A DNA stretch of 62,954 nt, filler included, from Globobulimina sp. (taxonomy: Eukaryota): the NCBI GenBank assembly GCA_003354225.1. It is 56 parts of 56 records of this genome, joined end to end, with 100 filler letters (N's around TTAATTAATTAA, not from the genome) between each part and the next. Parts side by side here need not be neighbours in the genome. Positions count along the whole stretch, not along the records: positions 1 to 1,027 come from PIVH01025432.1; positions 1,128 to 2,154 come from PIVH01025433.1; positions 2,255 to 3,281 come from PIVH01025434.1; positions 3,382 to 4,408 come from PIVH01025435.1; positions 4,509 to 5,535 come from PIVH01025436.1; positions 5,636 to 6,662 come from PIVH01025437.1; positions 6,763 to 7,789 come from PIVH01025438.1; positions 7,890 to 8,916 come from PIVH01025439.1; 48 more parts are not named here. One strand, given 5' to 3'. This document shows, in pieces, positions 1 through 11,450 of the stretch. Both the position numbers and the translations under genes were made by a program. The notes under the pieces are model-generated. The model made no database searches, had not been told where the DNA came from, and worked only from the letters and a program-made list of their open reading frames with translations. How positions within the stretch are numbered: the first letter of the stretch is position 1; every line of letters begins with the position of its first letter.

Positions 1-68
1 TTTTGGGTTAGCTACAGTGGTTTTCAACCTAGTATTCGAAGTTGAAAACCACTCTAGCTAACCCAAAA
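1..68. repeat. 28-bp inverted repeat (hairpin) with 12-nt loop
   Basis: 1..28 TTTTGGGTTAGCTACAGTGGTTTTCAAC vs 41..68, one mismatch. Confidence 0.9.
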
Positions 69-358
69 ACCTTGGCAATACCAAAAGAAGTGTTTAGAAG
101 TTTATAAGCCTAAAAAGTCAATTATTTTTCATCTGACTTTTTCAAAATGTATTTTGTACCACTGACTTATGAAACGTTCCTTGCAAATTGTTCATGTTTG
201 TACCGAGTGCGCATGCCATCAATGATATTTTCACAGAAACTTAGAAATGAATTCATTCGACCACAGAAAAAACTGAAATTAACATTCATTTTGTTGTTAA
301 CAATAATAAAAATTATATGCATCAATTCAAACACCATTCATTATTTACCATGCAATTA

Positions 359-682
359 TTACCAACTACCAATGATATCCTTTAATTCAACAGATTTGCG
401 AGACTTTGATAATTTGGGCAATGGAACTGGCACTGGCGATGCTGGTGAATCCTGATTATGTTTAAAATTATCATCCAGTGATTTTATTGGTGTCGATTTT
501 TTTGTCACTTTTGGTTTTATTAATATTGGTTTGGGCTGCTTGTTACCCAACGATTTGCATATTTTTTTATGTTGTTTCCAATGTTTTCGTTGACACTGCA
601 CGTTACAATAAGACGTAATTTTACATCCACCACAAAGACACACGGCACCTGTTTTGGAGCAAAGACCACAGCGAGAAGGCAT
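359..682 (-). CDS. MYND-type zinc finger protein (may continue through an intron)
   Basis: CGLC...CGGCKITSYCNVQCQRKHWKQHKKIC matches the MYND consensus. Confidence 0.85.
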   Translation of the reverse strand: MPSRCGLCSKTGAVCLCGGCKITSYCNVQCQRKHWKQHKKICKSLGNKQPKPILIKPKVTKKSTPIKSLDDNFKHNQDSPASPVPVPLPKLSKSRKSVELKDIIGSW

Positions 683-1027
683 GGTTTAGTAAGGAAACTT
701 GATGTATGAACCATAAATTTGAAAAAACTATATAAATTTGATGTATGAACCATGCTGTAAGGAAAATTTAGGATTAATTTGTTTAATTTTGTTGAAACTG
801 TGTGATTTCCAACAAAATTAAATAGAACATAGCCGTATTTTAAGAGATGGTCATACAAAGGATTATCGCTATGCATATCATATTGAGCGCTTATTTTTGG
901 GAACTGATGAAAAATATTTGTAGAAACTTGTCGTTTGTGAGGCGACGGAAGTAAGCGAGTCGAGTGATCCAAATATGGCAGAAATTAAGCACAAAATCTC
1001 CGATCGGATCGAGTGAAACCAACCAAA

Positions 1028-1127
1028 NNNNNNNNNNNNNNNNNNNNNNNNNNNNNNNNNNNNNNNNNNNNTTAATTAATTAANNNNNNNNNNNNNNNNN
1101 NNNNNNNNNNNNNNNNNNNNNNNNNNN
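1028..1127. other. Artificial contig spacer (first of 55 identical 100-bp linkers)
   Basis: 44 N + TTAATTAATTAA + 44 N recurs every ~1126 bp; contig lengths fall from 1027 to 1025 bp. Confidence 0.99.
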
Positions 1128-2056
1128 CTTTTTGTCGAAGCTAATGGAGTTTTTCGTTTTCGAAAATCCCGAGCAACAGCAACATGCGCACTTCTTTCTC
1201 GCCTTGCTTCACTCAGCACTGATGACGTGTTGCTGACAGAAACATGTTTAGAATCAGCATCACTGGCATCGTGATCCGATGTTGGTGTAACAATTTCATG
1301 CAATTGGTCGATTTCAGGCAAGGCCTTTGACTTTGAGAATTTCAGGAATGTGAGCAGTTTGCGAATCTTTTCAATTGAAATAGTGTGATTATGGAAATTA
1401 TTTGTGTTACTAGTGTCTAAAAATGGGTCTAATAATTTGGCAATCTCAGATCTAATCATACAGTCAAGATCGCGATCAGAGAGAGAGGTTCCTGACACAC
1501 CATCAGTGTCAGACGGTGGTGACTGTGCTCGGTCAGATGTTGTTGGCGTAACGTAGGGTGTCGGTAATTGTATATTTAAATAGGCGCTAGCCGGTCTAGG
1601 TCTTCTTTGTCTCGATCTTTTATCTTTTAGTAACTCAAGAGACAGACGTTTCTGATTGCGATAAAGTCTGTTTCTTTCTGCATCCAAACGTTTCTGATTG
1701 CGTGGCATCTCATTGATGTCAAAGCCATCGGAATTTACATGGGTTAATGAGCGCAAATCAGGGAGAGAGGAAGGTCGCCTTATTTGCGAATTATATTTGC
1801 GAGTTTGGTTGCTTCGAGCAAATAATTTAATGTTCGCCTTTTCCAACAATAATTCAAATTGCTGCTCAGGTGTTGGTACAGATGAGTTTTGTTTTTTTTG
1901 TTTGAGGGTTGATGCGCTAGTTGCACTTAAGTCAAATTGTGATGTTGATGCTGATTTATGTTTTGGTGATGCTGAAAAATTAACATATTTATTGTTTACA
2001 TTGTATGCATGATTCGGGAATATCCCCTCTGAGCTGTTTGCTGGAATTTTCAACAA
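1128..2056 (-). CDS. Hypothetical Ser/Arg-rich protein, partial
   Basis: >300-aa open frame running to the contig edge; no recognised domain. Confidence 0.5.
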
Positions 2057-2433
2057 GCTGTATCATTTCTGTGGCAATGATTGCGTTTATTTTTATAAGA
2101 TCTTTTAATAGTTCCACCATTTCCGGTTGATCATTCATCATATCCTCCTTAAGTNNNNNNNNNNNNNNNNNNNNNNNNNNNNNNNNNNNNNNNNNNNNTT
2201 AATTAATTAANNNNNNNNNNNNNNNNNNNNNNNNNNNNNNNNNNNNNNNNNNNNTTATTCAAAATAAAAACATTGAAAGTCAAAATTGAATTGTTAAAGG
2301 TTGTGTTTCATCGGGAACCATTAACATTTTATTATTAACCTATTTTCCTTCCTCTTTATCTCCTGTTACTGAGTTATTGAGCTAATCTCTCTGCCATTTT
2401 TCACGATCGAATAACATCAGTCTCATTTTTTAG

Positions 2434-3281
2434 ATGCTAAAGATGAGCAGTAGTTTAAATAAAGAAATAACTACACAATTAATGCAATTTGGGTATAACG
2501 AAAAAGAGATTGAAATCGCAATGAGAGCAGTAACAGATCCAAACGATATCAATTTAATCGTGGATAAAATAAAACGATCGCAAAGCTATCAACAAATACA
2601 TATGTCCTTTGATAATATCAATGAGGATTTTGATGGTAATTCCAGCAACAAAGAAAAGTTAAAAAATGTGCAACATTCAGAAAAATATCTGACACTCTGA
2701 AATCTGTATATGTTATTTTGTTTTTTTTAGCGTTTTTGTGGATGCTTCAGACGAAAAGATTGATGATATTCAATTGCAAAAAGTTGACAATGGCAAAGTT
2801 TTCATACGAAATTTGCCGAATAAAGCTGAATTTATTGAACATTCAGAGATATTATCCTTGTTATTATATAGTACAGATTCAAAATATAAAATTGTGGATG
2901 TTCGCGATAAAAACGTTGATTACATTGGCGGACATATTAAAAACAGCATACATATCGACAGTGAGGAATTTTATGACAAAATACCCGAAATATTTGCAAA
3001 ATATCACAGCAGAAATAAATTTATTCTCCAATGTATGTACGGTGTGCGGAGATCCGTTCGTTGCATGCATTTTTATGCAAAATCAATCCAAGAAATGATT
3101 GGAAATTATTCGTCACAGAATGGAGCATCGTTTTATATGATGGAGAAAAAGAAAATTTATGTGAAATGTACGGAGTCAATGTATGAGAATTTGTGCAAAC
3201 AGAAATTGTATGTGTTAAAAGGCGGATTTTTTGAATTTATAAATAATCCAAAAATTGACCGGGAAAATGAAAATATTGTGT
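2434..3281 (+). CDS. UBA-like N-terminus + Cdc25/Acr2/Ibp1-like rhodanese-fold phosphatase; intron 2658..2730; 3' partial
   Basis: QLMQFGY UBA-like start; IVDVRD..DYIGGHIKNSIHI, CMYGVRR (CX5R) and LYVLKGGF; a 73-nt GT-AG intron joins ORFs 2434 and 2738 in frame. Confidence 0.8.
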
Positions 3282-3381
3282 NNNNNNNNNNNNNNNNNNN
3301 NNNNNNNNNNNNNNNNNNNNNNNNNTTAATTAATTAANNNNNNNNNNNNNNNNNNNNNNNNNNNNNNNNNNNNNNNNNNNN

Positions 3382-4175
3382 CACTAAATACACACAAAAA
3401 TGTGCCTGCGTCAATGACGAATCTTGTTGCATTATTTTATATAAATTGTCCACATTAAATCTATATCCATACAGACATAATGGCATACATCGCATCATCG
3501 AACCGTTGGCCATATTGCCTTTCGTAAATTAAGTGTTTCAAAACGGAGATTTTTGGAGTAAAAACATTTGGGAAAAAGTATAGGTTTACCTTTAAATATG
3601 GATGATTTCACATTGATGGCATTTGATTTTGTTTTTTGTTGATTGTACTCAAATGCGCGGACTTTCATTTTTTTAACATTTGGTGCCAATGACAATGTTG
3701 CTTTTGTGCAAAAACCAATATCAAATGGAGCGGAATGAATCCATCTGCCATATTCCGCTGCGATTTGGCTTAAATCGAACATTTTATATTCTTTTTTGTG
3801 TTTTTCTTTTGCATCATTCTCATCATTGTCATTATCAGGTTGTAAGCGTTTGGTTTCTGATGATTTAGCAATGCATGCAATTAATCCATATGCTAAAGAG
3901 ATTGCTAATTCTGTATCGTCGGTGATTTGCCCGGTTATAACTTTTTTGCCCCACGTTCCTCCGCCTGGCATCGACATAGCTTCATTGAGTTCATCGACAG
4001 AGATTTTTGTTTTCCTAAATTCACAATATGACCCAAGTGAATCTCCAATGGCAGCGCCAATACAAACACCATACGCGTTATCTAACAATGCATCATTGGC
4101 AAATGATGTGATGTATTCTGAATCATCATCTTCGTTATTCTTTTTTTCTTCATAGTTGCTTGCTTCCTGCGCCAT
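3382..4175 (-). CDS. ADP-ribosylglycohydrolase (ARH/DraG family); intron 3519..3589; 3' partial
   Basis: GAAIGDSLG, GQITDDTE, PFDIG; splicing restores NGSMMRCMPL. Confidence 0.9.
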
Positions 4176-4260
4176 GGTCCAAACTCAATTGTTTAGTCTT
4201 TACATTCACACTTGTGAAGTTTTGATAATTTGAGGAATTGATCAGTTTGCGACAGGAACA

Positions 4261-4408
4261 ATGCAAAATACAAACAATCAACCATTTTTTGGAAATTCCG
4301 TTCAACAATCACCACCAAACGAAATCGAAACAAGTCAGTCTTTAAATGTGAACATAAACCAACAACAACTGCAACAACAACAACAATATGCAGCATATAT
4401 TCAACAAC
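4261..4408 (+). CDS. Gln/Asn-rich protein N-terminus, partial, divergent from the ARH gene
   Basis: ATG-initiated polyQ-type frame open to the contig edge. Confidence 0.5.
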
Positions 4409-5277
4409 NNNNNNNNNNNNNNNNNNNNNNNNNNNNNNNNNNNNNNNNNNNNTTAATTAATTAANNNNNNNNNNNNNNNNNNNNNNNNNNNNNNNNNNNN
4501 NNNNNNNNGTTTATATTAAATATTGCGCCATTTACACCATTCACATCGCTCAGATCGCCATTCTTTAATTATCAAACACGGAATGCGTGACAGTTAGAAG
4601 CGCATTGGACCGCAGTATGAGGTCTGCAGAATGTGTCAGATTGGGAGGATTAAAGAAATTAAATATTGGGCCAATGTTATTGCGTTGAATGAAGAACAGC
4701 TGTTTCTGTTTAAAAATATAAATAAATACATACGTAAACGTAATGTTTATTGCTTGGGCAAAGTCGTTGCGATGAAGCTGTTTTTATAAAAGGTGAACGG
4801 TGATATGTTGTTAGCAGACGCTGTAAAATGTATATTGCCGATATTTACAGCTCCTGTGTATGCTCCAATGGATAGGAAAGAATCCGCCAAATGTATTGTT
4901 GTCAGACTTATGTTGGAAGAGAGGATAACTTGTTTCTGAACCAATTATATATCCAAAATAATTATAAACTGTCGTCTTTGCATTCTTGTTTAAGAGTGAA
5001 TTTCAACGCACTTTTTATGTGCAGAAAATAAACTGCGTTTATAAATAGTAAAAGGTCTATTTGAGACAGATCCAGACTCAAATGCAGAATATCTGGAGTT
5101 GCCTAAGTATCATGTTTTGCTTTAGAATGTTGGATTAAATTAAACATGAATTCATTTGATTCGATTTTTGGCGTTAATTAAAAATGTGAAGCTTAGTTTC
5201 GATTACACACAAAACTCACAAATAGTATACAAAAACAATTAAGTGCAAGGATATAATAATTATTACACATTATATAA

Positions 5278-5535
5278 TTAATTCTCCTTTAAAACAATGC
5301 TCGATCCTTTAAAATATGTATGCATACAAACAACCAAATAATATGTTTTTTCCAACTGTACATTCCTAAAAGCAATTCCTTGATCACTCCCATTTACTGA
5401 ATATCCCATTTCTTGTTTTTCAAAATCAACTCTCATTTCAATCACATCACCGGCACCCCATTCAATTCCATATTCTTCATCTTTTCCTAAATGGCATTTA
5501 CCACCACATACATTATATCCATAATCTATCTCATC
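5278..5535 (-). CDS. SPRY/B30.2-like domain protein C-terminus, close paralog of 54104..54802 (not in ORF track)
   Basis: Translates as ...YGIEWGAGDVIEMRVDFEKQEMGYSVNGSDQGIAFRNVQLEKTYYLVV...IVLKEN*, near-identical to 54450-54715. Confidence 0.85.
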   Translation of the reverse strand, partial: DEIDYGYNVCGGKCHLGKDEEYGIEWGAGDVIEMRVDFEKQEMGYSVNGSDQGIAFRNVQLEKTYYLVVCMHTYFKGSSIVLKEN

Positions 5536-6151
5536 NNNNNNNNNNNNNNNNNNNNNNNNNNNNNNNNNNNNNNNNNNNNTTAATTAATTAANNNNNNNNN
5601 NNNNNNNNNNNNNNNNNNNNNNNNNNNNNNNNNNNTTCAAATAAAATTATTGAAATTGTTGCAATCGGACCACGTAAAATCATTTATGAACAGACATATA
5701 AAATAATAAGGAAAGAGAACATCTGATTTAGGGGGGCTTCATTTTACCCTCAAATCCGGAAAGTCGCCCAGGTATACAAACGCCTTTAAACCAATCCGAA
5801 TACTTACTCATACCTCCATTTGAATTATCAACCTGCAAATTTTTACGTGCTTTCCCGTGTAAGTCTGTGTGGCGGGTCGATTTGGCGGTTTTATCCGGTT
5901 TGGTTCCTAACCTGATATGGTAGAAATTTAATATTTCCGAAAATTTCTGTAATTGTTTAGATTAGCAAATCATATCTGGCATGAGTTCTTAATTATAATG
6001 GGCGGAGATTAATTAAAGTAATCACCACCGTGAACTTTCCGGCAACAACCTCTGATTAAATGATCAATCTCATGCTTGGAGTTTTCGAAAGATGTGCGGG
6101 CAGTGTCTATAAAAAAGAATAAATGATAATAATCGTACCATAAAGACAAAC

Positions 6152-6182
6152 AAAAAGGCAGGTTCTCAACGATCCTGCCTTT
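6152..6182 (-). terminator. Probable rho-independent terminator
   Basis: AAAGGCAGG/CCTGCCTTT stem followed by a T-run on the minus strand, ~40 bp after the stop at 6225. Confidence 0.6.
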
Positions 6183-6224
6183 ATAATCTGACCTCTTGGA
6201 ATTATTAAAAATCTCAGAAACCAA

Positions 6225-6662
6225 TTACAACTCTTCCCATGTATAATACGTGACAATTTCCGCTTCACCGTCAAAATCGTTACATTCCCCTATGCTAATT
6301 AAGACACCATCGGAATCAAAGGAATAGATTTTCATTACATCTATACTACCGTTATTGCCAATATCCGTAAGTATCTCTACCGGCTGATAGTTAAATAAAT
6401 CGAACATATCATTGCCGATTACAGATAAGGCATATATTGAATCATCATTATTGCGGATACGATATGAGCGGGAATCATATGTATAATATTCAACTTCAAT
6501 TTCCGATCCGTTACCGTCATCTTTATAGCATTCCTTCGTGGAGATATAACCGTTGGTATCATATGTATACGTTTCACTATCAACTACATCAACTGTGCCG
6601 TCATTTTCTTCATCTTGTTCACGCACAAATCTTATCGGCTTTCCGGTTGCATCATAGGTATA
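6225..6662 (-). CDS. Bacterial-type YD/RHS-like repeat protein C-terminus, 5' partial
   Basis: Repeated YTYD.xG units (YTYDATG, YTYDTNG, YTYDSR, YSFDSDG); no introns; terminator downstream. Confidence 0.55.
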   Translation of the reverse strand, partial: YTYDATGKPIRFVREQDEENDGTVDVVDSETYTYDTNGYISTKECYKDDGNGSEIEVEYYTYDSRSYRIRNNDDSIYALSVIGNDMFDLFNYQPVEILTDIGNNGSIDVMKIYSFDSDGVLISIGECNDFDGEAEIVTYYTWEEL

Positions 6663-6919
6663 NNNNNNNNNNNNNNNNNNNNNNNNNNNNNNNNNNNNNN
6701 NNNNNNTTAATTAATTAANNNNNNNNNNNNNNNNNNNNNNNNNNNNNNNNNNNNNNNNNNNNTTAATAATTATCAATGCGTTCTCTTTATGGCACTATCT
6801 TTGAGGGCACGCTCTTTGTGTATATACCCTTCTTCTGAATCAGCAGCCCACACACTGCTGGTGCAGCTCTTACAGCTCTTACAGCAACCACACTGCTGGG
6901 AATTGGTCTGACCTATACC

Positions 6920-7392
6920 TTGTTACATGAAATTCTGATCCATAATGTGTCATTTATTGGCAGTACAGGAAGTGTGTCATTTGATGGTAATGGGGATCGA
7001 ATGCATGGAATGTATGGAATTGGATATGTTTCTGAACGAGGTTCCATTGAGAATGTGGGTTGGTTCATTGATGAATTAGATAGCAATATTAATGAGAGTG
7101 CGATTGAATGGCCAGCTGATTTTGAATATGTTCCATATCCATTTCAAAGAGTATACAAACATCAAATAACCGTCGAATCCGCAGCATTTTGGACTGTATT
7201 TACAATTTGTGTGTATTTACAATTTGTTTGTTACACACATTTTTCATTATTTATTATATAGTTATCTTGATACGGTACAGAAGAAATAAGTTGATCGGAA
7301 ACACATTGCATGGAAATATTATTATTTGTATTGGCTGCATCTTTGATATGTTGCCATTATTTCTTATGGTGTTGAAAATTTATATGCTTTGA
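6920..7392 (+). pseudogene. Class C (GABA-B-like) GPCR fragment with frameshifts
   Basis: VSFIGSTGSVSFDGNGDR (end of the Venus-flytrap domain), then TM1/TM2 segments split over three frames (RYRRNKLI; YVAIISYGVE). Confidence 0.6.
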
Positions 7393-8051
7393 GTTCTTTT
7401 TGCGCTCCATCACTATTTGTGTTATACAGTAAACAAATCACTGCACTTTTTTTGTTGCAATTCTATTTTTGATTGATTGATTTTTGAGTTTTTTAAATTG
7501 TCGGAGGAAAAGAGTTACATAGATCTACAGTATGCAATTCGTATTACACCGATAGGAAATATGATGTGTAGTTAACTTAGAATATAATTTATTGGTTAAG
7601 TTTGATTAAAACCCCCACGAACAGCAAAAAAATAAAAAGTAAAAAAATAAAACCTGCATAATTTGCAATACAAAACATAATTAAAACACAAACAGAAAAA
7701 ATATTAGACCCCGAAAACAGAAAAGAAGTTATTTTTTCACAGCTGGATTTGGAGTGAATTGTACAACTAAATAAATAATATGCGATGCGNNNNNNNNNNN
7801 NNNNNNNNNNNNNNNNNNNNNNNNNNNNNNNNNTTAATTAATTAANNNNNNNNNNNNNNNNNNNNNNNNNNNNNNNNNNNNNNNNNNNNTGACGGAATTA
7901 GCAAGCACCAACGTACGACAACAAATATTCTAGCACTTATCCAACACAACAATATTCTTAATTTAATTATTAATGGAGACAACAAGTGGGTAAATAGTAT
8001 ACGAAATTCAATTTATAAATATACAATTTATATACTTCACTTGTGTCAAAG

Positions 8052-8861
8052 TCAAACTGTTAATCTCGAGTCCCAAATATCTCTTAATCGTTGTTCTATG
8101 ATATTATGTAATAACGGAGTTTCTGTATAATTTTGATGGGTTTGTTGAAACACATAATCAGTGTTTTCTGTATTTTTAATACAGTCAGCAAGTTCCGGCA
8201 AATCATCCGATGAGTCACTTATCTCAATCCCATTGCTTCCATTTGTATAATTTCTATAATTTTCATAAACCAGACTATTTTTCTGATTTTCTTGATTTTC
8301 AATTTTATCTATATAACAATGTAATTTTGCAAATGCATTTTCTAAAGATTCAATAATCTCTGATATCGATGTATTTATTGTATTCGTTGAACAAGTGTTC
8401 GAATTTATTGTTTCTTGAAATTTTTCCATTTCTTTTATTCTTTTCTCCAAATTTTTATTTTGTTTTTTTAAATTATCACATTCATTTTTTGTTCCTTCAT
8501 AGCTTGATTCATAATATTTTAATTCCGATAATATTTTCTCTAAAACCTCATTTGTCGAAGGTTTTGTTTCTGTGCATGTGTTGTTTGAGTTTGCCTTTGC
8601 CTTTGATTTGATTTTTTTGTTTACAACATTCCGTTTAATCTTTGGTTTCATTTGTTTTTTTGTACATTTCTTGATAGTTACCTTTTTTTGCGGTGTTACT
8701 TTCTTTGATGATTTGTATGAGAGCTTTGATGTCGATGTCGAGCTTCCTTTTGCATTAAAATCACGTGTTTGACCCATGAGTTGTTTGAATGATAATTTTA
8801 AAGATAAGTTTTCTTTCATTTTTGAACCTTTTCTGATGTCTAAAATAGAAAATATTTCCAA
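8052..8861 (-). CDS. Hypothetical Lys-rich/coiled-coil protein
   Basis: 269-aa ORF with a basic stretch and a heptad-like segment. Confidence 0.5.
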   Translation of the reverse strand: MEIFSILDIRKGSKMKENLSLKLSFKQLMGQTRDFNAKGSSTSTSKLSYKSSKKVTPQKKVTIKKCTKKQMKPKIKRNVVNKKIKSKAKANSNNTCTETKPSTNEVLEKILSELKYYESSYEGTKNECDNLKKQNKNLEKRIKEMEKFQETINSNTCSTNTINTSISEIIESLENAFAKLHCYIDKIENQENQKNSLVYENYRNYTNGSNGIEISDSSDDLPELADCIKNTENTDYVFQQTHQNYTETPLLHNIIEQRLRDIWDSRLTV

Positions 8862-9281
8862 ACAGCTGCAATTTGGAACATTTTTATTTCCCCTTAAATC
8901 AAAATGTAATAAACTTNNNNNNNNNNNNNNNNNNNNNNNNNNNNNNNNNNNNNNNNNNNNTTAATTAATTAANNNNNNNNNNNNNNNNNNNNNNNNNNNN
9001 NNNNNNNNNNNNNNNNCCATAATACATTAGCTCAATAGTTGTGTCTGCAGTATCATGGGGCAAATATTCATCCGTCTACATTATCAATCATATATTCATT
9101 GCTCACCGGCGTCGCCAATATCTGTATATTAATATGTATGGTGCGATGTCCCTTCATTTTCACCGCCTTTATCTCATATCGATCACTCGCGACACGACAC
9201 GTACAGTCTGCTATGCGGTGCACCGCCTCCTGAATGGCATAGTGTTTTCTATTTAATTATATAATGCAATAATGCCCAATA

Positions 9282-9352
9282 TCACACGCCATGATTTGAA
9301 CCTGGATTCCCTGCATAAAAGCAGTGCTCTACCAATTGAGCTATACGTGTGA
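9282..9352 (-). pseudogene. Degenerate tRNA-like element
   Basis: TCACACG/CGTGTGA acceptor stem, TAGCTCAATTGGTAGAGC D-arm, GGTTCAAATC T-loop; anticodon arm malformed (CTGC-TTTTAT-GCAG). Confidence 0.6.
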
Positions 9353-9456
9353 TTTATGCAGCAAATAGACACTGTTCAGATCCGATTTGTTCGTTTTAGC
9401 GAACTTTAATTTCTACTCTTAATTTGTAAAAAACAAACCGAAAACGTTCACAGAAA

Positions 9457-10043
9457 ATGAACAATGCTGTCAGGAAAAGACGATCCCAATTGTTAGTAAG
9501 TGGATACGTTAGAAAATGTAGCACTCCATACATCCATACAGATATTATTAGTATCATTCATGCGTTCCATTATTATATTTTATTGCTATTATATTCTATT
9601 GGAAGCAACGAAGACGGACAACAAGGAAACGGAGGAAATGAACATATTAGAAAAATAACAAAAATAAAAACATTTGAAAAAAAAATAAAAAATATTGTTA
9701 GTTGTGGTAGTTATGGTGGGGCAGCATATATTTTATTTGATGATGAAACATATGAATGTTGCGGTGATAATGGATGGGGTGTATTAGGTGTTGGACATTC
9801 TAATAATATTAATATATGGCATCAAATAAAAGATATGAAAATAAAAAATATATTTGCAGCACCAAATGGATCAGGACATTCATTTTGTATTTCAAATGAG
9901 AATAAATTATATGCTGTCGGACGGAATAAATATAATCAATTTGGGATAAAAACAAATACAGAAAATAATAATAAATGGACACCAATCAATACATCATTAT
10001 CGATTCAAAAAGTGGCCACAGCATGGTATTATACAACATTTTT
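9457..10043 (+). CDS. RCC1/BLIP-II repeat protein with N-terminal GY[IV]R module, 3' partial
   Basis: GSNEDGQQGNG, GDNGWGVLGVG, GRNKYNQFG repeats. Confidence 0.85.
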
Positions 10044-10143
10044 NNNNNNNNNNNNNNNNNNNNNNNNNNNNNNNNNNNNNNNNNNNNTTAATTAATTAAN
10101 NNNNNNNNNNNNNNNNNNNNNNNNNNNNNNNNNNNNNNNNNNN

Positions 10144-11170
10144 GGCATTACATTGGTTGGAACGCAATCGATTTCGACAGATTTATTGTTAGGGAGTTGG
10201 AGCTCTTATCCGGATAAAGGAGTTGCGACAATTGTTGGAGCAATCAGAGAGAAAATAGAAAATGTTATACCAAGTACAAATTGCACGTTTTTATACAATA
10301 TTTCGTATGTGATTGGAGTGGATGATACTTGGATGGTGACGTATTCTGCAGAGGAATGTTGTGATTTATGTTTTGAAGTCGATGATTGTCGCTATTGGTC
10401 ATTTTATGCTGTCGATTCTTTATGTTATTTGAAGCAAACTGACAATGGGAGACAGTTGCAATCAAATTATGTATCTGGTCAATGTTTAAACAAAAACGTC
10501 ATCATAAATTCCAAAATAAAGTCAAGTTTGGGATGTGAGACAGTGTCGTGTCCCACAACCAGTAAATTCAATGATGCATTGAATTTAGTTAAAAATATGT
10601 ACACAAACAATAGCTTATCCTTTGTGCTGATTGGATTGGGATTAGGTCTGTTTACACAATTTATTGTATTAATTTTGCACAAATTATAAAACACATGTTT
10701 ATATTTTGTAGATGAGAACATTGAAAAAGGTGATCGAGCTTCCATTGAATTACCAGGCAATCAGAATAATATTATACATCAACTATGAATATCCCAATCA
10801 TTTGTTATTTGATTCATGGCAGTACCGTTGCTCTGAGTGCTGCCTACAATGAATGCGATGCCATATTGGATGTGTGGTATCCAGGACAAATGGGTGCTTA
10901 TGCTCTGGCAGATGTTTTGTTTGGTGTTTATAACCCCGCTGGAAGAGCGCCTGCGACATATTATACAGCAACTAATGTATTGCCGCGACTGGATGATTTT
11001 AACGAATATGATGGTATAACCTACAGATATTTTAATAACGACGACAATGGTATCTTAATTCCATTTGGTTTCGGACTCAGTTATACAGCGTTTAAATATT
11101 CAGATTTGTCATTGAATATTACCAAAAACAGCAACCATAGTTTACCGTATGAATATGTATTGGATGATGT
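10144..11170 (+). CDS. Glycoside hydrolase family 3 C-terminal domain with inserted PAN/Apple module; intron 10646..10711; partial
   Basis: GLD..IEKGDRASIELPGNQ, AILDVWYPGQMG.YALADVLFG.YNPAGR, YRYF, PFGFGLSYT; the insert CCDLC...CRYWSF...CYLK...SGQC is PAN-like. Confidence 0.9.
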
Positions 11171-11450
11171 NNNNNNNNNNNNNNNNNNNNNNNNNNNNNN
11201 NNNNNNNNNNNNNNTTAATTAATTAANNNNNNNNNNNNNNNNNNNNNNNNNNNNNNNNNNNNNNNNNNNNGGAAACAGACAAACAAACTTGGAAGCGGCA
11301 CAGGGTAAAACTATTTGATTTATTAATTACAATAAAAACACAATAAAACAAATCAAAAAACATCATAAAACAGCACAGAAAACCAACAAAACAAATTTGT
11401 AAAACACGTCTAACTATATAAACAACAAAATCTATACGTATATCTACATT

